64,000 nt of DNA from Armatimonadota bacterium (GTDB lineage: Bacteria > Armatimonadota > Fimbriimonadia > Fimbriimonadales > GBS-DC): positions 192,001 through 256,000 of the forward strand of contig JBBIML010000006.1 in the NCBI GenBank assembly GCA_037444405.1, written 5' to 3'. The notes below the pieces were generated by a model. It ran no database searches, was not told where the DNA came from, and saw only the letters and a list, made by a program, of their open reading frames with translations. Below, piece after piece: positions 31,691 to 42,013 of this stretch (position 1 is its first letter; each line of letters opens with the position of its first letter). Made by a program: the position numbers and the translations under genes.

Positions 31691-32987
31691 AATCACCTCG
31701 CACTTTAGAGGGGTCGAGGGCACGCGCCAGGTCGATCACCACCTGGTCGGCGCGTATCTGCTGCTGAACCGCCTCGCGCAGCGAGCGCTCTAAGTGCCCC
31801 ACGATGACCACCTCCGCATGGGAGAGCAGTTGCCCGACATCCTCGCAAAGAATCTCACGAGTATGCGGGATCTCCCGCTCGATATACGCCTTGTTCGAGC
31901 CGTGCAGCGCGGCATACGACACATTCGGATCATAGATAAGCAGATTATACCCTTTGCCGATGAGTCGTTCCGCCAGCTCCACAAGCGGGCTTTCGCGCAG
32001 GTCGTCGGTACCGGGCTTGAACGACAGCCCGAACAGCCCGACCTGCCGTCGCCGAAGTTGCTGAACCTGTTTGATCACGCGCTCAATCTGCATGCGATTG
32101 CTGGGCAGCACATGTTCGAGCATGGGCAGTTGCAGGTCGTGCAGGCGGGCGCGATAGGTGAGCGCGCGCAAATCTTTGGGCAAACAGGAGCCGCCAAAAG
32201 CGAAGCCCGGCGTCAAATAGCGTGGCGAGATGTTGAGCTTGGTGTCAGTGCAGAAGATCCGCATCACCTCATGGCTATCGATTCCCTCCGCCTTACAGAG
32301 CATGCCCAGCTCGTTCGCAAAGGTGATTTTGACGGCGTGGAAGGCGTTGCAGGCATATTTGATCATCTCGGCGGCGCGAATGGAGGTGATGAACAGCTGG
32401 GCTTCAACGCCCGCATAGAGATGGGCGACAACTTCGGCATCTTCGCGCTTGAGCGAGCCGATTATCGTGAAGGGCGGGTCATAAAAATCGCGGATGGCAA
32501 CCCCCTCTCGCAGGAATTCAGGGTTCACGCACAGCCCGAAGCCCTCGTTCACGCGCTTGCCAGAACGCTGCTCCAGAATGGGCAGCACCACCTCTTCAGC
32601 GGTGCCGGGCAGAATGGTGCTGCGGATGACCACGATATGATAGCTCTCTTTTGTGCGCAGGGCGTCGCCGATTTCGGTTGCCACCTGTTCCAGAAAATCG
32701 GTGCGCAGGTCGCCGTTCTCTTTGCTGGGCGTGCCAACGCAAATCAGCGAAAGGTCGGTCTGGTGGACAGCTTCCTCTGCGCAATCGGTCACGGTCAATC
32801 GCCCTGTCCGTATGGCTTCCTGCAGGAGCGGCTCGAGGTTCTCTTCCACGATGGGCGCGCGCCCCTGCCGTATCAGCCCTAACTTGTAGGGGTCCACATC
32901 AACGCCGATTACGCTATGCCCCTCTCTGGCGAAGCACGCCGCCGACACCGCGCCCACATAGCCCAGTCCGAAAATGCTCACTCTCAT
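31671..32987 (-). CDS. GDP-mannose/UDP-glucose 6-dehydrogenase
   Basis: GLGYVG, NPEFLREG, GGSCLPKD, FKPGTDDLRESP. Confidence 0.92.
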   Translation of the reverse strand: MRVSIFGLGYVGAVSAACFAREGHSVIGVDVDPYKLGLIRQGRAPIVEENLEPLLQEAIRTGRLTVTDCAEEAVHQTDLSLICVGTPSKENGDLRTDFLEQVATEIGDALRTKESYHIVVIRSTILPGTAEEVVLPILEQRSGKRVNEGFGLCVNPEFLREGVAIRDFYDPPFTIIGSLKREDAEVVAHLYAGVEAQLFITSIRAAEMIKYACNAFHAVKITFANELGMLCKAEGIDSHEVMRIFCTDTKLNISPRYLTPGFAFGGSCLPKDLRALTYRARLHDLQLPMLEHVLPSNRMQIERVIKQVQQLRRRQVGLFGLSFKPGTDDLRESPLVELAERLIGKGYNLLIYDPNVSYAALHGSNKAYIEREIPHTREILCEDVGQLLSHAEVVIVGHLERSLREAVQQQIRADQVVIDLARALDPSKVRGDYVGLYW

Positions 32988-33048
32988 CAGCGTTCGTCCC
33001 TTTCAGGTATTCCATATCGCGCTGGGAATTTTACCCCCGTTTCCCGAC

Positions 33049-33618
33049 TTATGGAGGCTCCTCCATCAGCTGCTGCAGATTAATCTCGAAGCCGGGCATG
33101 GCAGCGGGGCGGAACACCTCGCCGGCATCGGCAACGGTGCTGATCTGATAGCCATCAGGGGTGAGCTTGAGTTCCTGCGCCACGAGCGTTTCGCTGTCTA
33201 TCAGCCAGTACCATGGCACACCTGCAGCCTGATAGGCGCGCAGTTTGCGCACGGTATCCCGCGTGCGCGTGCTGGGCGAAACCACTTCCACTATCAGGTC
33301 GGGCACGCCTCTGATTTTGCCGTTAGGCGTGTAGAGTTCGCTTTCGCGCTCGCGCCGAATAAACATCAGGTCAGGAATGAAGCCTACCCCCGTCGGCAAA
33401 GCGACATCCAGCTCCATCTCAATCGATCCGCTCCCGGTCTGGTTTGCCCAGCGCTCCATCTGAGTGAACAGCCTGCCCACAATCCGCTGATGCTGGCGTG
33501 TTGGTGATGCCATCGGCACAAGCCTCCCCTCTTCGAACTCGAAGCGTGGCTCCAGCTCGGCTTTGAGCCACTCCTCCAGCGTCCATTCCCGCTTCTCAAT
33601 CGCCTCGCTCAGCGCCAT
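33049..33618 (-). CDS. Uma2/DUF820 family endonuclease
   Basis: PDL..PDLIVEVVSPST..D...K..Y..AGVPWYW. Confidence 0.88.
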   Translation of the reverse strand: MALSEAIEKREWTLEEWLKAELEPRFEFEEGRLVPMASPTRQHQRIVGRLFTQMERWANQTGSGSIEMELDVALPTGVGFIPDLMFIRRERESELYTPNGKIRGVPDLIVEVVSPSTRTRDTVRKLRAYQAAGVPWYWLIDSETLVAQELKLTPDGYQISTVADAGEVFRPAAMPGFEINLQQLMEEPP

Positions 33619-33685
33619 AAGGGTTCACCCACCTCTATTATAGCCGATTTTTGACCCCCGGCGTTCTGGTACAATACGATGTGCC

Positions 33686-34963
33686 ATGATTGACTATCGT
33701 CTGATTCGGAGCGAACCAGAGCGGGTGCGCGAGGCTCTGCGTCAGCGCGGCTACGAGCCATCGATGGTGGATGAATGGCTTGCCGTCGATACACGCTGGC
33801 GCGAGCTGACCACGCAGGTGGAGACGCTCACTGCCGAGCAGAACCGCGTATCGCGCGAGATTCCCCAGCTCAAAAAGGCGGGGCAGGATGTGAGCGGGTT
33901 GATTGCCCAGATGCGCGAGCTGGGCGAGCAGATCAAACATCTGGAGCAGCAGCGGCGCGAGTTGGAGGACCAGCGCGAGCAGATGCTGCTGATGTTCCCC
34001 AACATTCCGCACGAGACCACGCCCATCGGCGCGGATGCAAGCCACAATGTGGAGGTGCGACGCGGCGGGGCGCCGCACCCGATGGAGTTCGAACCGTGCC
34101 CGCACTGGGAAATCGCCGAGCGACTGGGGCTAATCGACTTCGAGCGCGGCGCCAGAATCAGCGGCAGCGGCTTTCATGTCTACACGGGGCTGGGCGCCCG
34201 CCTCGAACGCGCCCTTATCAACTTCATGCTTGACCTGCACACGCGCGAGCATGGCTACACGGAGGTTTTCCCACCCTTTCTGGTGCGCCCCGAAGTGATG
34301 CAGGGCACGGGGCAACTGCCCAAGTTCGCCGAGGAGATGTATCGCTGTGCCGATGACCCGCTCTATCTGATCCCGACCGCCGAAGTGCCCGTGACGAACC
34401 TCTATCGCGACGAGATTCTGAGCGCGGAGCAGCTGCCCATCAATCTGGTTGCCTATTCACCCTGCTTTCGGCGCGAGGCAGGCGCGGCGGGACGCCTCAC
34501 GCGCGGACTGCTGCGCGTGCATCAGTTCAATAAGGTGGAGCTGGTTAAATTCACCACGCCTGAAACCTCTTATGTCGAGCATGAGCGCCTGCTGCGCGAT
34601 GCCGAGACGGTGCTGCAACGGCTGGAGCTACCCTATCGCATTATGCTCCTCTGCACGGGCGATCTGGGCTTCGCCGCCGCCAAATGCTACGATTTAGAGG
34701 TCTGGTCGCCTGGTGTCCAGCAGTGGCTGGAGGTGTCGTCGTGCAGCAACTTTGAGGATTTTCAGGCGCGGCGGGCGAACATTCGGTTCCGTCGGGAGCC
34801 GACCGCGAAGCCCGAATATGTGCATACGCTGAACGCTTCGGGCGTGGCGACCGCCCGCCTGATGGCGGCGCTGTTAGAGAACTACCAGCAGGCAGACGGC
34901 AGCGTGCTAATCCCCCTTGCCCTCCGCCCCTACATGGACGGGCTGGAGCGAATAACCCCATAA
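33686..34963 (+). CDS. serS: Seryl-tRNA synthetase
   Basis: [27 protein letters not shown]. Confidence 0.97.
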   Translation: MIDYRLIRSEPERVREALRQRGYEPSMVDEWLAVDTRWRELTTQVETLTAEQNRVSREIPQLKKAGQDVSGLIAQMRELGEQIKHLEQQRRELEDQREQMLLMFPNIPHETTPIGADASHNVEVRRGGAPHPMEFEPCPHWEIAERLGLIDFERGARISGSGFHVYTGLGARLERALINFMLDLHTREHGYTEVFPPFLVRPEVMQGTGQLPKFAEEMYRCADDPLYLIPTAEVPVTNLYRDEILSAEQLPINLVAYSPCFRREAGAAGRLTRGLLRVHQFNKVELVKFTTPETSYVEHERLLRDAETVLQRLELPYRIMLLCTGDLGFAAAKCYDLEVWSPGVQQWLEVSSCSNFEDFQARRANIRFRREPTAKPEYVHTLNASGVATARLMAALLENYQQADGSVLIPLALRPYMDGLERITP

Positions 34964-35099
34964 TCGCGTGGTTTTTGCCCAAAATCCCGTATTTTTGCGG
35001 GGCGCCCCTGTCCGCTTTTGGACGGCTTTCGAGTCAATAATAGATGGGACGCCCTGCAGGGCGATTCCCCCACTCTAACGACGAGGAGGTTCGACCGAT

Positions 35100-36260
35100 A
35101 TGAAGGGAGCCTGTATGATGAGCAATCGCATGGCAATCGCGTTGCTGCTGGTGGGAGCGTTTGCCATCGCCAGCGCGCAGCAACTGGTGCATCATCGCAG
35201 CTTCAATCTTGTGCCGCTTTTCCCCAGCGGTCAAGCGGCGGGTGATGTGGTGTTCGATGGCACAAGTGTCTATGTCAGCACCTGGCATAGCAGTAGCGGC
35301 ACGCAGACCGTCTCGCTGGTGCGGCTGGGAAGCTTGAGCAGCCTGCTGGGCACACCCAGTGGTGACTGGACAACTTTTGACTGGCGCGTCGATTTAACGC
35401 AGGCGGGCGGCTCCCGCGATACACGGATTGTGTATCACAACGGCTGGCTCTACTGGGGCGCAGGGCTGGGCGATTCAAACGCGGCCAACACGGGTATCCG
35501 CCGGTACGACCTCAGCGGCAATCTGGACACCAGCTGGTCCGGCGATGGCAACCTTTCCCTGACTGACGCAGGTGTTTCCCGCTACGACACCATCGATATC
35601 GATCCTGGCGCTGGTGGAGGTGCAACACTGGCAGTGGGTGTGTTCGGCTCCACCATCGTGCGCCGCTTCAGCCTGATCGACGGCTCCAACGCGGGCAACT
35701 CCAGCCCTGTTGGCGGTCAGACATCCACCCGCGATTACGCTTTCGCCCCGAACGGCGACCTCTACATCCGCACGCAGGGTCGGGTCTCAAAGGCGACCCG
35801 TGTGAACGATACCACTTTCAACGCCCCTGTTGATCTCGCCACCTGGAGCGAGGGCTCGCTGGCACAGGCGTTTGTCGCCTATATCCCCATCTCCACCGAG
35901 TTCTACAGCGGCTTTCCCGATTATGTGCTGTATAACCAGCGCGTGTCGGGGCAGAACAAGGTGTTCATTATTCAGCCTGATGGAACCGTTGTTGGTGAGC
36001 TGACCGGACTGGAGGACACCACCGATGACGAGGACTTCGGTACAGACTTCACCGAGGTCGCCTTCGATAACACCCTGCTGAACGCCAGCTGGGGTAAGAC
36101 CGCGGATGGACGGATGTTCATCTTTGTGGTGAAGGGCGGCACAGGGGCGGCTGCTTTTGGTGACCGTCTCGACATCTACGAGGTGGTGCCGGAGCCGGCG
36201 AGCCTGCTGGCGCTGGGCGTCGGGCTGGTCGGGCTGATGCGCCTGCGCCGTCGCACATAA
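35100..36260 (+). CDS. Secreted beta-rich PEP-CTERM protein
   Basis: Signal peptide; C-terminal VPEPASLLALGVGLVGLMRLRRRT. Confidence 0.88.
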   Translation: MKGACMMSNRMAIALLLVGAFAIASAQQLVHHRSFNLVPLFPSGQAAGDVVFDGTSVYVSTWHSSSGTQTVSLVRLGSLSSLLGTPSGDWTTFDWRVDLTQAGGSRDTRIVYHNGWLYWGAGLGDSNAANTGIRRYDLSGNLDTSWSGDGNLSLTDAGVSRYDTIDIDPGAGGGATLAVGVFGSTIVRRFSLIDGSNAGNSSPVGGQTSTRDYAFAPNGDLYIRTQGRVSKATRVNDTTFNAPVDLATWSEGSLAQAFVAYIPISTEFYSGFPDYVLYNQRVSGQNKVFIIQPDGTVVGELTGLEDTTDDEDFGTDFTEVAFDNTLLNASWGKTADGRMFIFVVKGGTGAAAFGDRLDIYEVVPEPASLLALGVGLVGLMRLRRRT

Positions 36261-36312
36261 TCGCACCCTGCCCTCCTCTCTCCAGCCGAGCTCGAGTCAG
36301 CGGAAAAAAAAA

Positions 36313-36338
36313 CCCTCTCCCCCACTGGGGGAGAGGGA
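36313..36338. repeat. CCCTCTCCCC..GGGGAGAGGG palindrome
   Basis: Same family as the elements at 10361-10450, 43781-43848, 49556-49636 and 61378-61415. Confidence 0.7.
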
Positions 36339-36347
36339 TGCATCGCT

Positions 36348-36505
36348 CTAAAGTAAGGCGGGGATGAGATAGGAGCCTTTCGCCTGTGGGTCGTGGATGG
36401 CGAGGAAGATGTAGAACATTTCGTCGTAGGTGCGTTCGCCGTAGCGCACCTCGCGTGGCGGGTTGCTCGGATTGTTCGGGTTGTCTGACGAGTTGTCGTA
36501 CCAGC
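36348..36505 (-). pseudogene. C-terminal remnant of a Cu-monooxygenase-like (PHM/redoxin-fused) gene
   Basis: WYDNSSDNPNNPSNPPREVRYGERTYDEMF resembles that family's C-terminal motif; no N-terminal part is present. Confidence 0.55.
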
Positions 36506-36600
36506 AAGGGTCTTTCCTCTTGCATTCGCGGTCAGCAGGTGGGTAAAATAAAGTGGAGTGGCAAGCCTGTGCCGGCGGGCTTGCTGCGCAGGCACGCAGG

Positions 36601-37695
36601 ATGGAACAGATTGGTGTCGGGATTATCGGGGCGGGCGGTATAGCCAGCGCCCATGCCAAAGCCTATGCGCAACTGGCGCCCGAGGTGCAGATAGTGGGCG
36701 TTGCCGATATTGACGAGGATCGGGCGCGGGCGCTGGCGATGCGCTATCAGGTGCCGCTCTGGACGACCGAAGCGGAGGACCTGCTGCGCAACGACGAGAT
36801 TCAGATTGTGAGTATTTGCACACCGCACCACCTGCACGCGCCGATAGCAATTGCCGCGATGGAGGCGGGCAAGCATGTGCTGGTGGAGAAGCCGATGGCG
36901 GTCAGCCTCGATGAAGCCGACACAATGATTGCCACTGCGCGGCGCACCCGACGCCTGCTCAGCGCCATCTTCCAGCTGCGTTATGAGGCGGACACGCGCC
37001 GCGCCAGGCTGGTGCTGGAACGCGGGCTGATTGGCAATCCGTTCTATGCGGAGGTCAGCTGCCTCTGGTGGCGGCGACCCGTCTACTACGAAGTGAGCTG
37101 GCGCGGACGCTGGTCAACCGAAGGGGGCGGCGCCGTCATCAATCAAGCCTCGCACCATGTCGATATGCTGGTGCATCTGCTGGGGCTGCCCAACAGCGTG
37201 CAGGCGACCATCGACACCGTCGCCCACGACATCGAAGTGGAAGACTGGTGCATGGCAAGCCTGTACTGGGAGCGCCCTGCCCGCTATGCCAGCTTCTGCG
37301 CCTCCACCGCCGCCGAGCTGGAGATGGATGTGAGTCGCATCCTGATTCTGGGCACGCAGGGCAGTATCCAGATGTTTCCGTTCCGTCCCCATTCACGGGA
37401 CGAAGCGCAATTGACCGCCATAGCGGAAGCGTGCCGCGAAATCGAAGAACCCGCCTACCCGGGGCACGCGGCACAGATTCATGACTTCGTGCGATGCGTG
37501 CGAGAGGGCACCCAGCCACCCGTGAGCGGCGAGGAGGGACGCCTCTCGCTGGAGCTGATCAGCGCCATCTACCAGTCGGCGTTCACGGGCGAACCTGTCA
37601 AACTACCTCTCACCCCCGCCGACCCGTGCTACACCACCGCCGGTAAACTGGAGATGGCACGCGCCTACATCGCACGCCGAGCGGAGCGAACCTGA
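36601..37695 (+). CDS. Gfo/Idh/MocA oxidoreductase
   Basis: GIIGAGGIA, KHVLVEKP, GGGAVINQASH. Confidence 0.9.
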   Translation: MEQIGVGIIGAGGIASAHAKAYAQLAPEVQIVGVADIDEDRARALAMRYQVPLWTTEAEDLLRNDEIQIVSICTPHHLHAPIAIAAMEAGKHVLVEKPMAVSLDEADTMIATARRTRRLLSAIFQLRYEADTRRARLVLERGLIGNPFYAEVSCLWWRRPVYYEVSWRGRWSTEGGGAVINQASHHVDMLVHLLGLPNSVQATIDTVAHDIEVEDWCMASLYWERPARYASFCASTAAELEMDVSRILILGTQGSIQMFPFRPHSRDEAQLTAIAEACREIEEPAYPGHAAQIHDFVRCVREGTQPPVSGEEGRLSLELISAIYQSAFTGEPVKLPLTPADPCYTTAGKLEMARAYIARRAERT

Positions 37696-37711
37696 AGCAG
37701 GAGGGAGAACG

Positions 37712-38302
37712 ATGGAACCATATAAATCCCCTGTCCGAGTGTTAATCGCAGAGGATGAAGAGCTGACACGGTTGATGGTCAAGACCCAGCTGGAGCAGCT
37801 GGGCTATGAAGTGGTGGGCGAAGCCGAAACGGGTGAGGATGCCGTACGGGTCGCCCAGCAAACCCTGCCCGATGTGGTGGTGATGGATATCCGCATGCCG
37901 ATTATGGACGGCATCGAGGCAGCGCGCCAGATCGTGCAGCAGCATCCGTGCGCGATTGTGTTCCTGACCGCCTATGCGGAAGAGGAACTGGTCAACCAGG
38001 CGACTGCTGCCGGCGCCTATGCCTATCTGCTCAAACCGTTCCGCAAGCAGGAGCTGGCGCCCGCCATCAATGTCACGCTCACCCGATTCCGCGAGATGCA
38101 GAGCAAAGATAAGGAGGTGCAGGAACTCAAAGAGGCGCTCGAAACGCGCAAGTTGATCGAGCGCGCCAAAGGCATCCTGATGGATCGGCTGGGATTGAGC
38201 GAATCGGAGGCGTTCCGACGCATCCACTTTATGGCACGCAATCAGAATAAGACGATGAAGGAGATTGCGCAGAGCATCATCACGGCAGCGGAAATCCTGT
38301 AG
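37712..38302 (+). CDS. REC-ANTAR response regulator
   Basis: AEDE, MDIRMP, KP; ANTAR RKLIERAKGILM. Confidence 0.92.
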   Translation: MEPYKSPVRVLIAEDEELTRLMVKTQLEQLGYEVVGEAETGEDAVRVAQQTLPDVVVMDIRMPIMDGIEAARQIVQQHPCAIVFLTAYAEEELVNQATAAGAYAYLLKPFRKQELAPAINVTLTRFREMQSKDKEVQELKEALETRKLIERAKGILMDRLGLSESEAFRRIHFMARNQNKTMKEIAQSIITAAEIL

Positions 38303-38310
38303 GGGTCGCC

Positions 38311-38907
38311 GTGCAGTGGGTGCTGGCTTCTGAGTCGCCGCGGCGGCAGGCTCTGTTGCGCTTGCTGGGGCAGCCGTTCGAAATCCATCCTGCCCGCATT
38401 GAGGAGCGGCTGCCCTCTATTACAACGCGCCCCGCGCGATTGGCGAAGCGGCTGGCTCGCGCCAAAGCCGAAGCGGTCGCCCCTGCCTACACCGACGCGC
38501 TCATCATCGCCGCCGACACGCTGGTGGTGCTGGACCAGCAGGTGCTGGGTAAGCCGCAAACCGCCGACGAAGCGCGCCAGATGCTGCGCCTGCTCTCCGG
38601 ACGCACCCACACCGTCATCACCGCGCTCTGCCTGCTCCTGCGTCAGCAGGGGCGTACCACACGCCTCACCCTCGACGCCCCGCGCACGCGCGTCACCTTC
38701 CGAACCCTCACCGCTGAATGGATCGAATGGTACATCGGCACGGGCGAGCCGTTCGATAAAGCGGGCGCATACGGCATTCAGGAGTACGGCGCGCTGCTGG
38801 TGGAGCGTGTGCAGGGTGACTACTTCAATGTGGTCGGCTTACCTCTGCCCACCCTCATCCAGCGCCTCGAAACGCTCATCGGCTGGCAACCCATCAAAAA
38901 CCCGTAA
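38311..38907 (+). CDS. maf: Maf-family nucleotide pyrophosphatase
   Basis: LASESPRR, ADT, GKP, DKAGAYGIQ. Confidence 0.92.
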   Translation: MQWVLASESPRRQALLRLLGQPFEIHPARIEERLPSITTRPARLAKRLARAKAEAVAPAYTDALIIAADTLVVLDQQVLGKPQTADEARQMLRLLSGRTHTVITALCLLLRQQGRTTRLTLDAPRTRVTFRTLTAEWIEWYIGTGEPFDKAGAYGIQEYGALLVERVQGDYFNVVGLPLPTLIQRLETLIGWQPIKNP

Positions 38908-39006
38908 AATCACAAGCCTCATCTCCCCCACCAAATCGGCTATAATAGAGCTGAAACCTGCTGGAGCGACCGTCGGTCGAATCGACACGAAACGGAGGCG
39001 AACCGT

Positions 39007-39864
39007 ATGCGAACAAAGGCACTCTGGAGTCTGGCATTGACCGTGAGCCTCGCCTGCCTGCAGGCGCAGGTGCTGTATCAGACGGGCTTTGAGAACCCGC
39101 CCTTCGTGCCCGGCGATATTTTGAGTCAGGACGGCTGGGATGAGTACCATATCGGCGTGCCGAATCTTGGGCAAATCAGCACCGAACGCGCCTTCTCCGG
39201 TCTGCAGTCGCTCAAGATTACCCCTGTGAGCGGCGGCGCCAACAGCTGGTGGTGGAAACCGATCAACTACAACACCAGTACCAACCCCAATAAGATTATC
39301 GTCGTTCGCTGGGACATGTATCTCACTGCCAGCAGCCGACAGGGGCAGTATGGCATCGATGTCTATTCGGGGATTGTTGAGCGTGTGTGCGCCCTCTTCG
39401 TGGATCCCAACAGTGAAGTGGTGCTGATCCGCTATGCCAACGGCGTTGCGGAGGAACTGTATCGGACGGGGGTTTTTGTGCCGCGCGATCGCTGGAACCG
39501 ATACCGCCTTGTGATCAACTACAACACGGGCAACTTCCAGGCGTTCGTGAACGGTCAGCTGGTGGGTAGTGGGCGTATTCACAACGCTGCGGGCGCCGTT
39601 TTTGGCGACGCCGATGTGTGGCACTTCAACTTCGGCAGCGACTCGAACGACTCGGCGTTCTATGACAATCTCTCCATCGCGGCGGTCGCCCGATCCGATC
39701 AGGAGGGTGATGTCGATGGCAACGGCTGCGTGGACGATAGTGACCTGCTCGCGGTGCTGTTCGCGTTTGGCAGCAGCGACCCTACTGCCGACCTCAACGA
39801 CGACGGCATCGTGGACGACGCCGATTTGCTGACCGTGTTATTCAACTTTGGAGGCGGCTGTTAG
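39007..39864 (+). CDS. Secreted ConA/LamG-like protein with dockerin-like C-tail
   Basis: Signal peptide; tail [46 protein letters not shown]. Confidence 0.75.
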   Translation: MRTKALWSLALTVSLACLQAQVLYQTGFENPPFVPGDILSQDGWDEYHIGVPNLGQISTERAFSGLQSLKITPVSGGANSWWWKPINYNTSTNPNKIIVVRWDMYLTASSRQGQYGIDVYSGIVERVCALFVDPNSEVVLIRYANGVAEELYRTGVFVPRDRWNRYRLVINYNTGNFQAFVNGQLVGSGRIHNAAGAVFGDADVWHFNFGSDSNDSAFYDNLSIAAVARSDQEGDVDGNGCVDDSDLLAVLFAFGSSDPTADLNDDGIVDDADLLTVLFNFGGGC

Positions 39865-39885
39865 CCCTTCACTCCCCCGAACCCC

Positions 39886-39913
39886 TTGACTTTTGCCGAA
39901 AGTGGGGTATAAT
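39886..39913 (+). promoter_or_regulatory. sigma70 promoter
   Basis: TTGACT-N16-TATAAT. Confidence 0.7.
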
Positions 39914-39919
39914 AGGGTG

Positions 39920-40071
39920 TGATGCGGGAAGCCTATACGGTTCGTTTTGGTTCGACACGCTGGAGCACAGGCTCCTGGTTTGGCATGCGCAGCCGGTACC
40001 GCAAGCGGCTGCTGCCGCCATACCGGGGGAGCCTGCGCCTGTGCTGGCGTGCGGCTCCCCGTTTTTATTAG
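39920..40071 (+). promoter_or_regulatory. Structured 5' leader (putative attenuator) with 49-codon uORF
   Basis: Terminator GGGGAGCC..GGCTCCCC-GTTTTT competes with an upstream long stem; ATG 39922 to TAG 40071. Confidence 0.55.
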
Positions 40072-40088
40072 CAGGAGGTCGCCAGCAG

Positions 40089-40628
40089 ATGGGTGAGGTA
40101 CTGGTGCTGAATCAGAACTTTGAGCCGTTGAACCTTTGCTCGATGCGCCGCGCGGTGAATATGGTGCTGGCGGGCAAGGCGGAGGTGGTGCGCACAAACG
40201 GGCACCTCATCCGCACGGTCAACGGCGGTTTCGAGGCGCCGTCGGTGGTGCGCCTGCGCTACCTGATTAAGCGTCCGCTGCCGCAGGTGCGCATCAGCCG
40301 CCGCGCCATCCTGGCGCGCGACCGCTACACCTGTCAGTATTGCGGTCATGTCTCGCGCGATTTGACGGTGGACCATGTGATCCCGCGCCGTCTGGGGGGC
40401 GGCGATACATGGGAGAACCTGGTCGCCTGCTGCCGCCGGTGCAACCATCTCAAGGGCGACCGCACGCCGCATCAGGCGGGCATGAAACTGATTCGCAAGC
40501 CGCGCCGCCCGAACTTCGTGCCCTACCTGAGCCTCACCCAGTATGTGAAGGCAATCTCGCGGGAAGCGTGGCGCGAGTTCCTGCCCCTCTACGAGGACTT
40601 CGCCACAACGGAAGCCGAAGCCGATTGA
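40089..40628 (+). CDS. HNH endonuclease (stand-alone McrA-like family)
   Basis: [44 protein letters not shown]. Confidence 0.9.
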   Translation: MGEVLVLNQNFEPLNLCSMRRAVNMVLAGKAEVVRTNGHLIRTVNGGFEAPSVVRLRYLIKRPLPQVRISRRAILARDRYTCQYCGHVSRDLTVDHVIPRRLGGGDTWENLVACCRRCNHLKGDRTPHQAGMKLIRKPRRPNFVPYLSLTQYVKAISREAWREFLPLYEDFATTEAEAD

Positions 40629-40733
40629 TCCCCGACACTTGTAGAGGATTCTGTTAAGCGCCAGCGGGAGAGGGGGGCATCTTTCAGCCCCCCATCCCCT
40701 TGCTGACGGGTGGTTGGGCAGGAGGCAGAAGTT

Positions 40734-41078
40734 TTACTTGCCACGCGGCATCACTTGAATATCTTCGGGCTTCAAGCCGGTGATGCCACCATCACCTGCT
40801 ACCCAGCCGCCTTTGCACTCGTGGCAGACTGGCTTGCCCTGCTCGGCATTATCGCCACAGGGGCAGGCACCCATCGCAATCATGCACTGATCGCACGGAT
40901 GCTTCAGGCAGCAGTTGTAAGTTCCCTTCTGGATCGCTCGCTTCTTTTCGGCGGCGACGGTTGACACCGCTCGTTTGACCGCTGGCGAGCGCATATCCTT
41001 CATCTGGGCAACCACAATCGCCAGAATGCCTGCCAGCACAATCGCCATAGCTCCGATAATCAGCCTTGTGTAGCGCAT
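40734..41078 (-). CDS. Small exported Cys-rich hypothetical protein
   Basis: Signal/TM segment; 8 Cys; AGGAGG RBS. Confidence 0.65.
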   Translation of the reverse strand: MRYTRLIIGAMAIVLAGILAIVVAQMKDMRSPAVKRAVSTVAAEKKRAIQKGTYNCCLKHPCDQCMIAMGACPCGDNAEQGKPVCHECKGGWVAGDGGITGLKPEDIQVMPRGK

Positions 41079-41100
41079 CGTTTCCTCCTGTGCGGGAGAG

Positions 41101-41126
41101 AACGAACGAGCAGGGTTGCGGGTTCC
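41101..41126 (-). promoter_or_regulatory. ECF-sigma-like promoter GGAAC-N17-CGTT
   Basis: Minus strand GGAAC ccgcaaccctgctcgtt CGTT. Confidence 0.5.
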
Positions 41127-41127
41127 A

Positions 41128-41994
41128 TTAGGTGGCTTTCAGCGTGCGCGCGGTCTCTTCGGCGAGGCGCATCCAGTCCTGCAGGCGGAGTTCTTCGGCG
41201 CGGGCAGAGACGGGAATGCCCGCCCGACGCAGAAGCGCGGCAGCACGGTCGGCGTCATCGAACAGGGTGGCGAGCGCGTTGCGCAGGGTCTTGCGCCGTT
41301 TGCCGAACCCTGCTCGCACCAGCCTGAAAAACCAGCGCTGCTCAACGGGCGGCAGGCGGTCGGGCACAGGAGTGAGGCGCACAATCGCGGAGTCCACCTC
41401 CGGCTGCGGATAGAACGCGCTCGCGGGCACGCGACCCAGATACTCCACCTCCGCATGGTACTGTGCGAACAGCGACAGCGCGCCATACGCCGAGCCACCG
41501 GGCTGGGCGACCAGCCGCTCCGCCACCTCCTTCTGCACCGTCAGCACCAGCAGCGGCAGATAAGCTTTGGCGGAGAGCAGATGCTCCAGCAGCGGCGAGG
41601 TGATGGCGTAGGGGATGTTTGCCACCACTTTCGCCGTCTCCTCGCCCCGCAACAGCTCCGGCACGGGCAGGCTCAACACATTCGCCTGAATCAGGGTGAT
41701 GTTGGTCAGACCCTGCTGGTTGATGAGGTTGTCCAGGATTGCCACGAGTCGGGCGTCCACCTCGACGGCAATCACGCGGCGGGCGCGCTCCGCCAGCATG
41801 AAGGTGAGTGCGCCCAGCCCCGCGCCCACCTCCAGCACGGCGTCGGTCGGCTCCAGCCGCGCCGCCTCCACCACACGCGCCGCCACACGCCGATCGGTCA
41901 GAAAGTTCTGACCCCACCCTTTAGAAGGGCGGACGCCGTACTCTGTCAGCCAGGCGCGGATCTGGCGCACCGAAAAGGGATTAATCGCCGCCAT
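41128..41994 (-). CDS. rsmA: 16S rRNA dimethyladenosine transferase
   Basis: GQNFL, EVGAGLG, ANIPY, QKEVAER. Confidence 0.95.
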   Translation of the reverse strand: MAAINPFSVRQIRAWLTEYGVRPSKGWGQNFLTDRRVAARVVEAARLEPTDAVLEVGAGLGALTFMLAERARRVIAVEVDARLVAILDNLINQQGLTNITLIQANVLSLPVPELLRGEETAKVVANIPYAITSPLLEHLLSAKAYLPLLVLTVQKEVAERLVAQPGGSAYGALSLFAQYHAEVEYLGRVPASAFYPQPEVDSAIVRLTPVPDRLPPVEQRWFFRLVRAGFGKRRKTLRNALATLFDDADRAAALLRRAGIPVSARAEELRLQDWMRLAEETARTLKAT

Positions 41995-42013
41995 CGGGTA
42001 CACTCTTGCCCGT

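Noticed and set aside
39920..40628. HEARO/OMEGA (IscB) RNA-guided system
   Set aside because: The protein is a 179-aa stand-alone HNH with no PLMP or split RuvC motifs and no IS200/605 ends.
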